Part shown: positions 28,499 to 36,717 of the stretch, piece after piece
How positions within the stretch are numbered: the first letter of the stretch is position 1
Layout of the letters: each line of letters begins with the position of its first letter
Source of the DNA: Pseudomonadota bacterium
GTDB lineage: Bacteria; Desulfobacterota; Desulfobulbia; Desulfobulbales; JAGXFP01
Direction of reading: 5' to 3'
NCBI GenBank assembly: GCA_030673265.1
Contig: DAOVJK010000001.1
Span: 1-46,809, forward strand
Length of the DNA: 46,809 nucleotides
The notes under the pieces: generated by a model
Told to the model about the DNA's origin: nothing
Seen by the model: only the letters and a program-made list of their open reading frames with translations
Database searches by the model: none
Translations under genes and position numbers: made by a program

Positions 28499-28999
28499 TC
28501 ACTTGTTCAGCCATTCGCCACCCAGGATCTCATCAAGCTCTGGCTCGGTTACTCCTCCCAGAATGGCACCTTTAATCATATGGCTGGAATTGAGGATTAT
28601 CGTCTGGGGTTCTACCTTTACATTAAACAATTTAGATATTTTAAGACCATAATCTATAGCAACCGGGAAAGGAATATTAAGATCAGCAGCGAACTTTTTT
28701 ACCTGGGCTTGATCTGTTGTGGTCGTAATATAGAGAATCATAAGCCCCTGATCTTTATGATTATTGTAATAATCATTAAAAATCGAAGTGTCGGCCTTGC
28801 AGAATTTACAATCGGTAATAAAAAAGCGGATCACAACCGGTTGGTTTTGCAGCGCTGACAGCTGGACTTTGTTGCCGGTCAGGTCTTCGAGCAGAAAATC
28901 GGGGGCCGGGTCACCTATCTTCAACTTGGTTGGGGCTCCCGAAGAGCAACCACTCAAAGCAAAAAGGATAATCAGAACTGTTACCGTGATTTTTTTCAT
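28499..28999 (-). CDS. TlpA/ResA-like thiol:disulfide oxidoreductase lipoprotein (thioredoxin fold)
   Basis: Lipobox LSGC at the N-terminus, a redoxin pattern GDPAPDFLLEDLTGNKV and the active-site CKFC. It overlaps the upstream ATPase gene by 4 nt. Confidence 0.8.
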   Translation of the reverse strand: MKKITVTVLIILFALSGCSSGAPTKLKIGDPAPDFLLEDLTGNKVQLSALQNQPVVIRFFITDCKFCKADTSIFNDYYNNHKDQGLMILYITTTTDQAQVKKFAADLNIPFPVAIDYGLKISKLFNVKVEPQTIILNSSHMIKGAILGGVTEPELDEILGGEWLNK

Positions 29000-29709
29000 G
29001 CCGACTCGTTTTTAGCGGTTGTCTCGGAAAGTTGCCCGCTTTTCATCAAAAATGTTCTGGGGTTATGTTGGGTCGAAACAAGGCTGCTGTTATGGGTAAC
29101 AACAAGGAAAGTCGTTTTTTGCTCGGTATTGTAATGCCGAAAAATATCAAGAATCTCCCTTTCGGTTTCTTCATCAAGATCCCCAGTTGGTTCATCAGCA
29201 AGAATAATGCTGGGGCGATTTATAAAGGCTCGAGCAATGGCTACCCGTCGCTGCTGACCGCCGGAAAGATGGGCTGGAAAAGCGTTCTCCTTATCTGCCA
29301 AACCAACCTGGTCCAGGAGTTCTCTGGCCAACGGGATGTTTTCTGCGGGGTTGGTGCCGGCATCAGCAAAAGATAATGGCAAGAGGACATTTTCAATGGC
29401 GGTCAGAGTCGGAATCAAGCTGCCGAACTGAAAAATAAAACCTATCGTCTGGTTGCGCATGATCGCAAGTTGCGCCTCGCTCTGCTGCCAACAATCGACA
29501 TCATTTATAATGATGCTTCCCGCATCAGGACGGGCCAAGCCGCCAATTAAACTGAGAAGTGTCGTCTTCCCAGAACCAGAGTGTCCGAGAATAGCGACAA
29601 AAGCTCCGGCCTCTACAGAAAAGGAAGCATTATCAACGGCCCGCAGGTCTTGGCCTTCCTGGTGGTAAGTCTTAACGAGATTATTACATTTAATTATCAT
29701 TATAGCCAC
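28996..29709 (-). CDS. ABC transporter ATP-binding protein (MacB/LolD-like), first gene of the minus-strand operon
   Basis: Walker A GHSGSGKTT, signature LSGGQQRRVAIARA and Walker B IILADEPTGDLD. Confidence 0.85.
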   Translation of the reverse strand: MAIMIIKCNNLVKTYHQEGQDLRAVDNASFSVEAGAFVAILGHSGSGKTTLLSLIGGLARPDAGSIIINDVDCWQQSEAQLAIMRNQTIGFIFQFGSLIPTLTAIENVLLPLSFADAGTNPAENIPLARELLDQVGLADKENAFPAHLSGGQQRRVAIARAFINRPSIILADEPTGDLDEETEREILDIFRHYNTEQKTTFLVVTHNSSLVSTQHNPRTFLMKSGQLSETTAKNESA

Positions 29710-30091
29710 TTAACAATATAGATTTAATCAGCAAAAAGGACCGCTGGTTTTTAGAATTTTTTAGATTTTAAGTCTAAGAATAGTTTCAGAAATTCACCAT
29801 GAACAAATCATTAACAATTACTAGCTGATAGAATCGATTTGTGCAAGCTGCTTTTCTGTGACAAAACAGGATGTGGTTTAGCAACATCAAACAAGAATCT
29901 ATTCCCTAACAGTTGCATTTTTTTAGTGACACGATGTGGTATTTACTCTAAAATATCATTTATTGTTTTTCATTAAACTTTCTTTTCAAGATTAAGATCT
30001 TGAAATAGCTTCTTTTTCTACATCCAGCAAATTATCAATTATTTCCTTTTTTCACGGAATGCATAAAAAAAACAATTTTACCTTTTTTTTC

Positions 30092-30108
30092 ATACCACAG
30101 TGTGGTAT
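30092..30108. promoter_or_regulatory. perfect palindrome ATACCACA-g-TGTGGTAT, a candidate operator overlapping an extended -10-like element upstream of the 30250 gene
   Basis: The 8+1+8 palindrome is read directly from the sequence. Its right half is TGTGgTATAT. It sits about 140 nt upstream of the start codon in a 520-bp AT-rich divergent intergenic region. A further half-site TGTGGTAT lies at 29935-29942. Confidence 0.4.
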
Positions 30109-30249
30109 ATCACTTCACAAGCTTTATGAATCAGGGGTTGTTTCTTAAAGCAAGATTACTGTTTTAAGTCCGCAGTGGGTCGGCAACAGGGGAACGAAGA
30201 CTATTCGTTATCCTGTTACTGAACAATTTAATTGAAGAAAGGAGGAAGC

Positions 30250-31422
30250 ATGAAGATTTCAAAAAGGTTATTGGTTGGCTCTATGCTGACAGGCGGTATC
30301 GCCTTAGGTGTGTTTTGTCTCAACATGCCGGTAGATGTATCCGCCATGGGTAACAAACCTGCCGCAGAAAAAGCTCCGGCAGCCGCCGGCGCCACCTACG
30401 ACGCTACTTTATATGTAGCCGGCATGGGCGGCCACTTCGCCAAAGCCGTCGCCACCATCGATCCCTCCGCTGACCAGCCGATCAAGATCAGCAGCCTGAC
30501 CAAGGTCGATATCGGTACCCGTCCGACCCATCCGACTCATGATGCTCGGATCGACAACAACGACCGCAACACCATGTTCTGGTCGACCTACAAGATCGAC
30601 AAGGAAGCCGGCGGCGTTCATGTTGGTAAAACCGACCTGAGAACCGGTGAGATCATCCAGGATGTGGTCGTTGATGTACCGGCCAAAGCAACCAACACCA
30701 AATCAATGTACTGCGCTTCCGGTCAGTCAAAGGATCATTACATTCCGATCACTATGACCAGCAAGGGCTACATCGACGTATTCACCAAGTCAGATCTGAA
30801 GCGTGTTCAGCGGATATTCCTGGAAGGCACCGATGCGGATATCGGCGCTCCTTATAAGTTCCTGCACGGTAATACTAATACAGCAATGACCAAATTGATT
30901 ATTATTGCCAATATCGCCGACAAGGACCACGGTAAGACCACCGGTAAAGTTGAGCTTGTTGAATTGGATCTTAACGAGTTTACCAAGGGTAATGTCAAAG
31001 TTCTGAATCGGAACACTATTGCCGGTACCCCGAAGAGTATTACCTTCCGGGCCTACTACTCGCCTGATGGCTCCATGATTGCCGCTTCCGGTGGTGACGT
31101 CATGTTCCTGATCGACGCCAAAACCCTTAAGGTCATCGACACTGAGCCCGTCAGCAGCATCGATCACAATCACGATGCGATTTTCACCCCGGACGGCAAG
31201 TACATCATCGCCACTTCCCGCTGGAAGCAGGTCACAGGCGAATGTGAAAACCCCAAAGCTCCTAAAGCCGGCGAATTCACCATGGACGGCGTTCTCAAGC
31301 TTTATGATGTAGAGAAAAAACGATTCATTGGCGAACACACCTCTGCCTGCCTTACCTGTCACGATGAGGAAGGTGTAGAAGAGCACGCCATCCTTTGCGG
31401 TCTGGATGCCAACTTCAAGTAG
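30250..31422 (+). CDS. secreted His-rich, beta-rich (propeller-like?) protein with a C-terminal CxxCH haem-c motif; function unknown
   Basis: The ATG at 30250 (MKISKRLL) is preceded by AAAGGAGGA. A Sec-type signal ends in VSA-MG. About 320 residues show short beta-strand-like repeats and 9-10 His (GGHF, THPTHD, VHVG, DHY, LHG, DHG, DHNHD). The C-terminus reads SACLTCHDEEGVEEH, and a strong terminator follows. Confidence 0.8.
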   Translation: MKISKRLLVGSMLTGGIALGVFCLNMPVDVSAMGNKPAAEKAPAAAGATYDATLYVAGMGGHFAKAVATIDPSADQPIKISSLTKVDIGTRPTHPTHDARIDNNDRNTMFWSTYKIDKEAGGVHVGKTDLRTGEIIQDVVVDVPAKATNTKSMYCASGQSKDHYIPITMTSKGYIDVFTKSDLKRVQRIFLEGTDADIGAPYKFLHGNTNTAMTKLIIIANIADKDHGKTTGKVELVELDLNEFTKGNVKVLNRNTIAGTPKSITFRAYYSPDGSMIAASGGDVMFLIDAKTLKVIDTEPVSSIDHNHDAIFTPDGKYIIATSRWKQVTGECENPKAPKAGEFTMDGVLKLYDVEKKRFIGEHTSACLTCHDEEGVEEHAILCGLDANFK

Positions 31423-31462
31423 GAATTTAACACTTAACCTACTCTGAAATATGTGCTAAAAA

Positions 31463-31497
31463 GGGAGGGAGCTGAAATCAGTTCCCTCCCTTTTTTT
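31463..31497 (+). terminator. rho-independent terminator after the 30250-31422 gene
   Basis: Stem gggagggagctg / cagttccctccc with one G-U pair and a 4-nt loop, followed by seven T. Confidence 0.7.
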
Positions 31498-31559
31498 ATA
31501 CTTATTACATGATAAAGCTGAGTTGAGCCGCGCGTTGGCTCAAACGAAACTTATGCCCT

Positions 31560-31571
31560 TGTGGTATAAAT
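31560..31571 (+). promoter_or_regulatory. candidate extended -10 promoter TGTGgTATAAAT for the permease gene
   Basis: A further copy of TGTGGTAT, here giving TGn+TATAAA, about 30 nt upstream of the ATG at 31602. Confidence 0.35.
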
Positions 31572-31601
31572 ACTGATTAACCAGAACCTAATAAGCTAAC
31601 T

Positions 31602-32798
31602 ATGACAAAAGAATCTCTGAAGATATATACCCTTGGCACCATTGCCTGGAAAAGTGTCACCCGAAAAATATTCAGAAATATCATCTTGGTTCTGGCAGTA
31701 GCCATGCTGGTCTCCCTACTGGTCTTCGCTCTCCTCTTCAATCGGGCCATTAAAGAGGATATCAAGGAAGCCACTCAAAAACTCGGGGCCGACATTGTGC
31801 TTGTCCCGGTTGATGCCGTTGAACTGGCCGAGGAATTCATCCTGGAAAGCAATGAAAAGACTTTCTATATGGACGAATTTGTCTATGAATCGATGAAAGA
31901 ACTGCCCATCGTTGAGCAGGCCACTTTTCATATTTACCTCGACACCCTTGAGTCGGAGTGCTGCAGCATCCTCGAAGGCCAGGTTGTGGCCATCGACCAG
32001 GCTACCGATTTTGTGGTCAAGCCCTGGCTGGATACCGACAGGGAATTAAAGGCAGGAGAAGTGTACATTGGCAGTTACGTCCACGAGTTCCTCGGCTTGA
32101 TCAATACCGCCACTCTTTTCGGAAAAGACATCAATGTGGTCGGTCATCTAAGGGAAACCGGCACCGGCCTTGATCTTGGCATATTCATGCGGAAAGAGGA
32201 TCTGGATGCGACTACCACTGAAGCAACCGGCCAGCGCAAAGAGAACGAAATCTCCATTGTTTTCCTCAAACTGAAAGAGGGAGTAGATCTTGACGATGCC
32301 GTCGCCATGATAAGGAACGTAAATCCTTCGGTCGGCCTGATGACCAGGGGCAGTATCGGCATAGATGTTAGATCAACCTTGAACGACATCATGCGGATAT
32401 TCACCCTAACCATCCTGATAGCCTCCATTCTGTCAGTATTACTAGCCTGGTCCACTTTTACGGCCATGACCAATGAGAGAAAAAGAGAGGTGGGTATCCT
32501 GCAGGCCATCGGCGCCCGTCGCAGTCACATTATCAAAATGTTCCTCGGTGAAGCCGCAATCATCAGTCTGCTTGGTGGAATTATTGGGGTGTTTGCCGGG
32601 CACCTGCTGCTTAATTACCTGGCCGCCGACTTCAATCTGCTCAGTCGCTTGGGAGATATATCCATAACCTCTCCCGTCAGTATATTATTAAGTTTCTTGG
32701 CGATAGTCATGGGTGGTGGCGCCTGTCTCCTTGGCGCCGTCCTACCAGTCTATCGTCTAGCCAGACTGGAACCATTGTTGGCACTGAAAGAGGACTAG
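31602..32798 (+). CDS. ABC transporter permease, FtsX/MacB type (second copy)
   Basis: 398-aa ORF with one N-terminal TM, a roughly 230-aa periplasmic segment and three C-terminal TMs. It has the conserved RKREVGILQAIGA pattern of FtsX-family permeases. Confidence 0.8.
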   Translation: MTKESLKIYTLGTIAWKSVTRKIFRNIILVLAVAMLVSLLVFALLFNRAIKEDIKEATQKLGADIVLVPVDAVELAEEFILESNEKTFYMDEFVYESMKELPIVEQATFHIYLDTLESECCSILEGQVVAIDQATDFVVKPWLDTDRELKAGEVYIGSYVHEFLGLINTATLFGKDINVVGHLRETGTGLDLGIFMRKEDLDATTTEATGQRKENEISIVFLKLKEGVDLDDAVAMIRNVNPSVGLMTRGSIGIDVRSTLNDIMRIFTLTILIASILSVLLAWSTFTAMTNERKREVGILQAIGARRSHIIKMFLGEAAIISLLGGIIGVFAGHLLLNYLAADFNLLSRLGDISITSPVSILLSFLAIVMGGGACLLGAVLPVYRLARLEPLLALKED

Positions 32799-32893
32799 AC
32801 TATAATTAATGATTGTGGCCGCAATACCGAGATTGCTATGCGCCTATAGGCGCTTTTTCACTCTCTGCACTTAGCTTACGATGCCCTAAAATC

Positions 32894-34288
32894 TTATTTT
32901 TTGACTTTTATATCGTAAGCTTTGATCTTATTTAAAAGCGACGGGAAACTCAATTCCAGCATTTGCGCCGCGCGGGAGCGATTGCCACCAGTTGCTGTCA
33001 ATGCCCGGCTAATGAGATTCTTTTCCCAGATCCTTTTGGCTTTTTTAAGTGAAAAACCGGTCTGTTCATCAAAACAGATTGAACCATTATCAAGCTGTTC
33101 GGCATGGCCTGTCAGGACTTCAATTCCCAATAGCTCATCGTTGCTTAAAACCATCGCCCTTTCGATAATATTTTCCAGTTCACGGACATTTCCTGGCCAT
33201 TGCTGCCCGATAAGTCCGGCCATCGCCTTGGCAGCAACCCCTTTTACCGATAAATCCAGTTTGTCGTTGAAGCGCTCAATGAAATAATGGCAAAGCGGCG
33301 GAATATCTTCGGGATGGTCCCTGAGTGGGGGCATTTTTATGGGCATAACATTCAGCCGGTAGAACAGATCCTCGCGAAAAAGCCCTTGCTTGATCGCATC
33401 CTCCAGGTTTTTTGAAGTAGCGGCGACAACTCTGACATCTACCTTGCGAGTCACAGTTGAGCCAACCGGTCGGATTTCATTTTCCTGGAGAACCCGCAGG
33501 AGTTTAACTTGGAGTGACAAAGGCAGTTCTCCAATCTCATCAAGAAAGATGGTGCCGCCATCCGCTTCTTCAAAAAGCCCCTTATGGATCCGGTCGGCGC
33601 CGGTAAAAGCCCCTTTGACATGACCGAATAATTCACTCTCGAGAAGTGCTTCTGGAATACTGCCGCAATTTACCGGGATCAGGGGCTGGTCTCGGCGGGG
33701 GCTGGCAAAATGAATGCCCCTGGCAACCAGTTCCTTGCCGGTTCCTGACTCCCCGGTGATCAAGACCGTCGTGTTATAACGAGCAACCTTGGTTGCCAGT
33801 TCAAAAACTTGCTTAAGAGCCTGACTTTTGCCGACCATCCCGGCAAAATTACTCTCACCTTCCAAATAGCGTAACTGGTCACGCAACCGTCTGTTTTCCC
33901 GACGCAGACTTTCTCGCTCTTCGGCCTTTCTTAAAGCCATGACAACTTCATCCACCTTGAACGGCTTGGAGATGAAATCATAGGCCCCGCAGTTCATGGC
34001 CTCCAGGGCCAAATCGATAGTCCCGTAGGCCGACATCATGATCACCGTCGCGTCACCCCGACAGTCAACAGAGGCTCGGAGAAAATCCATGCCATTCATG
34101 TTGGGCATCTTGACATCACAAAGAATAAAATCGAATTCATTTTCTCCCAATAACTCAATGGCTTTCAAACCATCTGCGGCCGTAACAACCGTATAACCGG
34201 TGCCTTCGGTCATAATTTGCAACATATGGCGCATATTCTGTTCGTCGTCAATAATCAGTAACTTGCGAATCGTTTGTTTTTTTGACAT
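32894..34288 (-). CDS. sigma-54-dependent response regulator (NtrC family)
   Basis: Receiver domain (LLIIDDE; [10 protein letters not shown]). The AAA+ sigma-54 interaction domain shows [14 protein letters not shown] and FLDEIG. A C-terminal HTH is present. The likely start is the ATG at 34288 (MSKKQ). Confidence 0.9.
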   Translation of the reverse strand: MSKKQTIRKLLIIDDEQNMRHMLQIMTEGTGYTVVTAADGLKAIELLGENEFDFILCDVKMPNMNGMDFLRASVDCRGDATVIMMSAYGTIDLALEAMNCGAYDFISKPFKVDEVVMALRKAEERESLRRENRRLRDQLRYLEGESNFAGMVGKSQALKQVFELATKVARYNTTVLITGESGTGKELVARGIHFASPRRDQPLIPVNCGSIPEALLESELFGHVKGAFTGADRIHKGLFEEADGGTIFLDEIGELPLSLQVKLLRVLQENEIRPVGSTVTRKVDVRVVAATSKNLEDAIKQGLFREDLFYRLNVMPIKMPPLRDHPEDIPPLCHYFIERFNDKLDLSVKGVAAKAMAGLIGQQWPGNVRELENIIERAMVLSNDELLGIEVLTGHAEQLDNGSICFDEQTGFSLKKAKRIWEKNLISRALTATGGNRSRAAQMLELSFPSLLNKIKAYDIKVKK

Positions 34289-34303
34289 TTTCCCAACCAA
34301 CAA

Positions 34304-35866
34304 TCATCTCTTGGTATTTTCAGGCATGGCTGAAAGCGGTAAAGTAATGGTAATGGTAGTGCCTTCACTGTCGCTTGACGCCTTGACCCTGCCTGCCATA
34401 TTATCAACAATAGTAAAACAGATCGATAACCCCAGACCCGTACCCTCACCCGGCTCTTTGGTTGTGTAGAAAGGATCAAAGATATTCTCAAGGTTGCCGG
34501 ACGCAATGCCTGGGCCATTATCAATAAATTGAATTTGAATAAACTCCGCCCTATCCTTTTTAAGATTAACGGTTCTGATCGTAATTATACCTTCTTCCTG
34601 GCAATCATCACTGGCGCTTTTAATGGCATCAGCGGCGTTCATCAATAGATTAAGAAAAACCTGATTGAGTTGACTGCTTGTCCCGACTACAAAATTATCT
34701 TTGGCCGCATATTCGCTGGCAATCGTAATCCCCGCCATCATCGGTTGAACGGTGCAAATTTCCACCACTTCTTTAATCGCTTCATGGACAGAAACTGCAC
34801 ATTGCTGTTCATCCGGCGGCTGCCGGGCAAAATCAAGCAGTTGTCTGATAATAGTGTTGATACGATGCACCTCTATTTCAGCCCGAACGATGAAGTCTTT
34901 CTTTTGTTCATCAGAGACAGAGGCTTTCTGTAAGAGATCGAGGTAGCCGATAATGATCCCGATAGGATTACCAATTTCATGGGCAATACCGGCCGAAAGA
35001 CGTCCGACTGATGCCAGTTTTTCGGACCTAATCATTTCCTGTTGGGTTTTTCGCAACTTGAGGTTGGCTTCTTTAAGATCGGCTATGGTTTCCTGTAATC
35101 GACTTCTATCCCGATTTATCCGAGCCAGCATTTTATTAAGGGTAAGTGAGAGTCGGTTGAATTCACCATCTTTTGTTTCCGGCAGAAAAGTAAATTCATC
35201 GTCATCGCGGAACTCTTCGGCAGTATTTACCAGACGATTGATAGGTTTAAGCAGCCTTCGGTAAAGCTGATAAAACCCCAACATTACCAAGGCTAGCAGG
35301 TTAAATATAAAGTATACAAAAAACATGCGCTGGCTGTTGCGAAGTGATTGATAAATGTTATCTAAATCAAGGGCAACGGCGATGGCCCCGACAACTTTTC
35401 CCGCAGCAATAATTGGCCGCGAGACCAACATGTTTTTTCGGTCTGGCCATAAAATGCCCCTGGTTGTACCCGCAAATGAGGACGATGATTTACCTGATTC
35501 AATGGACTGGCGCGCATCCCTGGCAAGGATTTCGATAGAATCACAATCCGGACCCGCGCTAAAGACATTGTCTCCCCCGCTGTTTATAACCACGAGGCAG
35601 TTGGCCGAACTCTCATCCATGGTCATCGTTAATTGCGCAGGAGACAATCCGGAATCAGATAAGCCTGCAATAAGGACCGGGCCGGAGACAGCAAGCAGTG
35701 AATTCCCGGTTTCAAGGCGAACTTTAAGCAATTGCTGGCGCGCCGCACCGACCATAACCAGATCAACCAATAGCATTGCCGCTGCCAGAATAAGCAGCAA
35801 ATTCAGGATAATGCTTATTTTAAGTCCCTTTGGATACATAAACCGAACCGGAATAATGAGCGACAA
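34304..35866 (-). CDS. sensor histidine kinase (2 TM, HAMP, HisKA, HATPase_c)
   Basis: H-box AGIAHEIGNPIG, N-box LLMNAADA and G-boxes DNGPGI and GTGLGLS. It sits directly upstream of the NtrC-type regulator gene. Confidence 0.85.
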   Translation of the reverse strand: MSLIIPVRFMYPKGLKISIILNLLLILAAAMLLVDLVMVGAARQQLLKVRLETGNSLLAVSGPVLIAGLSDSGLSPAQLTMTMDESSANCLVVINSGGDNVFSAGPDCDSIEILARDARQSIESGKSSSSFAGTTRGILWPDRKNMLVSRPIIAAGKVVGAIAVALDLDNIYQSLRNSQRMFFVYFIFNLLALVMLGFYQLYRRLLKPINRLVNTAEEFRDDDEFTFLPETKDGEFNRLSLTLNKMLARINRDRSRLQETIADLKEANLKLRKTQQEMIRSEKLASVGRLSAGIAHEIGNPIGIIIGYLDLLQKASVSDEQKKDFIVRAEIEVHRINTIIRQLLDFARQPPDEQQCAVSVHEAIKEVVEICTVQPMMAGITIASEYAAKDNFVVGTSSQLNQVFLNLLMNAADAIKSASDDCQEEGIITIRTVNLKKDRAEFIQIQFIDNGPGIASGNLENIFDPFYTTKEPGEGTGLGLSICFTIVDNMAGRVKASSDSEGTTITITLPLSAMPENTKR

Positions 35867-36016
35867 ACTGCGAATAACAAACAGACATAGTTAATAAGCC
35901 GAAAGTATGACTGATAACATCAATGAAATTATTATGCCACTTCATCATGACTTGTAAATGGTGAAGCGCCAAAATCTACTAAACTTTTTCAGAACGATTG
36001 TTTTGACGGTGAGTTT

Positions 36017-36034
36017 TGGGCATAGCGATAGCTT
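36017..36034 (+). promoter_or_regulatory. candidate sigma-54 promoter upstream of the fmdE-like gene
   Basis: tgGGCATAgcgaTAGCtt has GG (36019-20) and GC (36031-32) at the canonical spacing, against the consensus TGGCACG-N4-TTGCW. This is a moderate match. It lies about 65 nt upstream of the start codon and overlaps a GGCATAG-N11-CTATGCC inverted repeat. Confidence 0.35.
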
Positions 36035-36100
36035 GACTATGCCGGTTCACGAAGTAAAATGATTCACTCGTAACTTTGATCATGATAACGGAGAATAGTG

Positions 36101-36682
36101 ATGGAATCTTTTGACGAATTATTGGAAAAATCAACCGCGATTCATGGCCATGTCTGTGCCGGACAGGTCATTGGGGTCAGGATGGCCATGCTGGGTCTGA
36201 ATGAAATCGGTATTTCGGAGCCACGTGGGCTTGATCGCAAGAAATTTTATGTCCTGGTCGAGATTGATCGCTGTGCAACCGATGCTATTCAGACTGTCAC
36301 CGGTTGTAGTCTTGGCAAGCGCTCCCTTAAATGGCTTGATTTCGGGGTCATGGCCGCCACTTTCGTAAATCTCGAGGATGACCGGGCTGTCAGGATTACC
36401 GCCAGAGAGGAATCCCGTGAAATCTCGAAAAAGTATTGCCCGGAAATCGAAGATAAATACAAGCGCCAATTGGAAGCCTATCGCATAATGGCCGAGGATG
36501 AACTCTTTACCATCCAAAAGGTCCGGGTAAATATTCCGGCAGAAGATATGCCGGGACGCCCCATGAAAAGAGTTCAGTGTGAAAAATGCGGTGATTGGGT
36601 CCAGGACTGCCGTGAAATAGAGAAAGACGGACTAACCATCTGCCGTTCCTGTGCGCAGGGCCGCTACTTTGAATTGATCTAA
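36101..36682 (+). CDS. FmdE-family protein with a C-terminal zinc ribbon
   Basis: HGHVCAGQVIGVRM and DRCATDAIQTVTGCSLGKR match the FmdE-domain pattern. The C-terminus reads CEKCGDW...CRSC. A GGAGA RBS precedes the ATG at 36101. Confidence 0.75.
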   Translation: MESFDELLEKSTAIHGHVCAGQVIGVRMAMLGLNEIGISEPRGLDRKKFYVLVEIDRCATDAIQTVTGCSLGKRSLKWLDFGVMAATFVNLEDDRAVRITAREESREISKKYCPEIEDKYKRQLEAYRIMAEDELFTIQKVRVNIPAEDMPGRPMKRVQCEKCGDWVQDCREIEKDGLTICRSCAQGRYFELI

Positions 36683-36717
36683 GATACCAGCAAAGATCTG
36701 CTCAGGAGAACAATAAA

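Noticed and set aside
29710-30231. Sigma-54 promoter for either divergent operon of the NosL/ABC locus
   Set aside because: I scanned both strands by eye. Candidates such as GCGGTCCTTTTTGCT and GGGTCGGCAACAGG lack the correct GG-N10-GC geometry. I therefore make no sigma-54 claim for this region.
30790-31386. 198-aa minus-strand ORF. The same reasoning applies to 35355-35894(+), 38159-38722(+), 39881-40522(+) and 45582-46076(+).
   Set aside because: All are long antisense frames inside well-supported genes. None has an RBS or motifs. They are typical stop-poor shadow frames.
35895-36097. Possible Moco riboswitch upstream of the fmdE-like/moeA-like pair
   Set aside because: I could not recognise the conserved Moco-motif elements or its multi-stem architecture. 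I see only a single 7-bp hairpin. A covariance-model scan (Rfam RF01055) would settle it.
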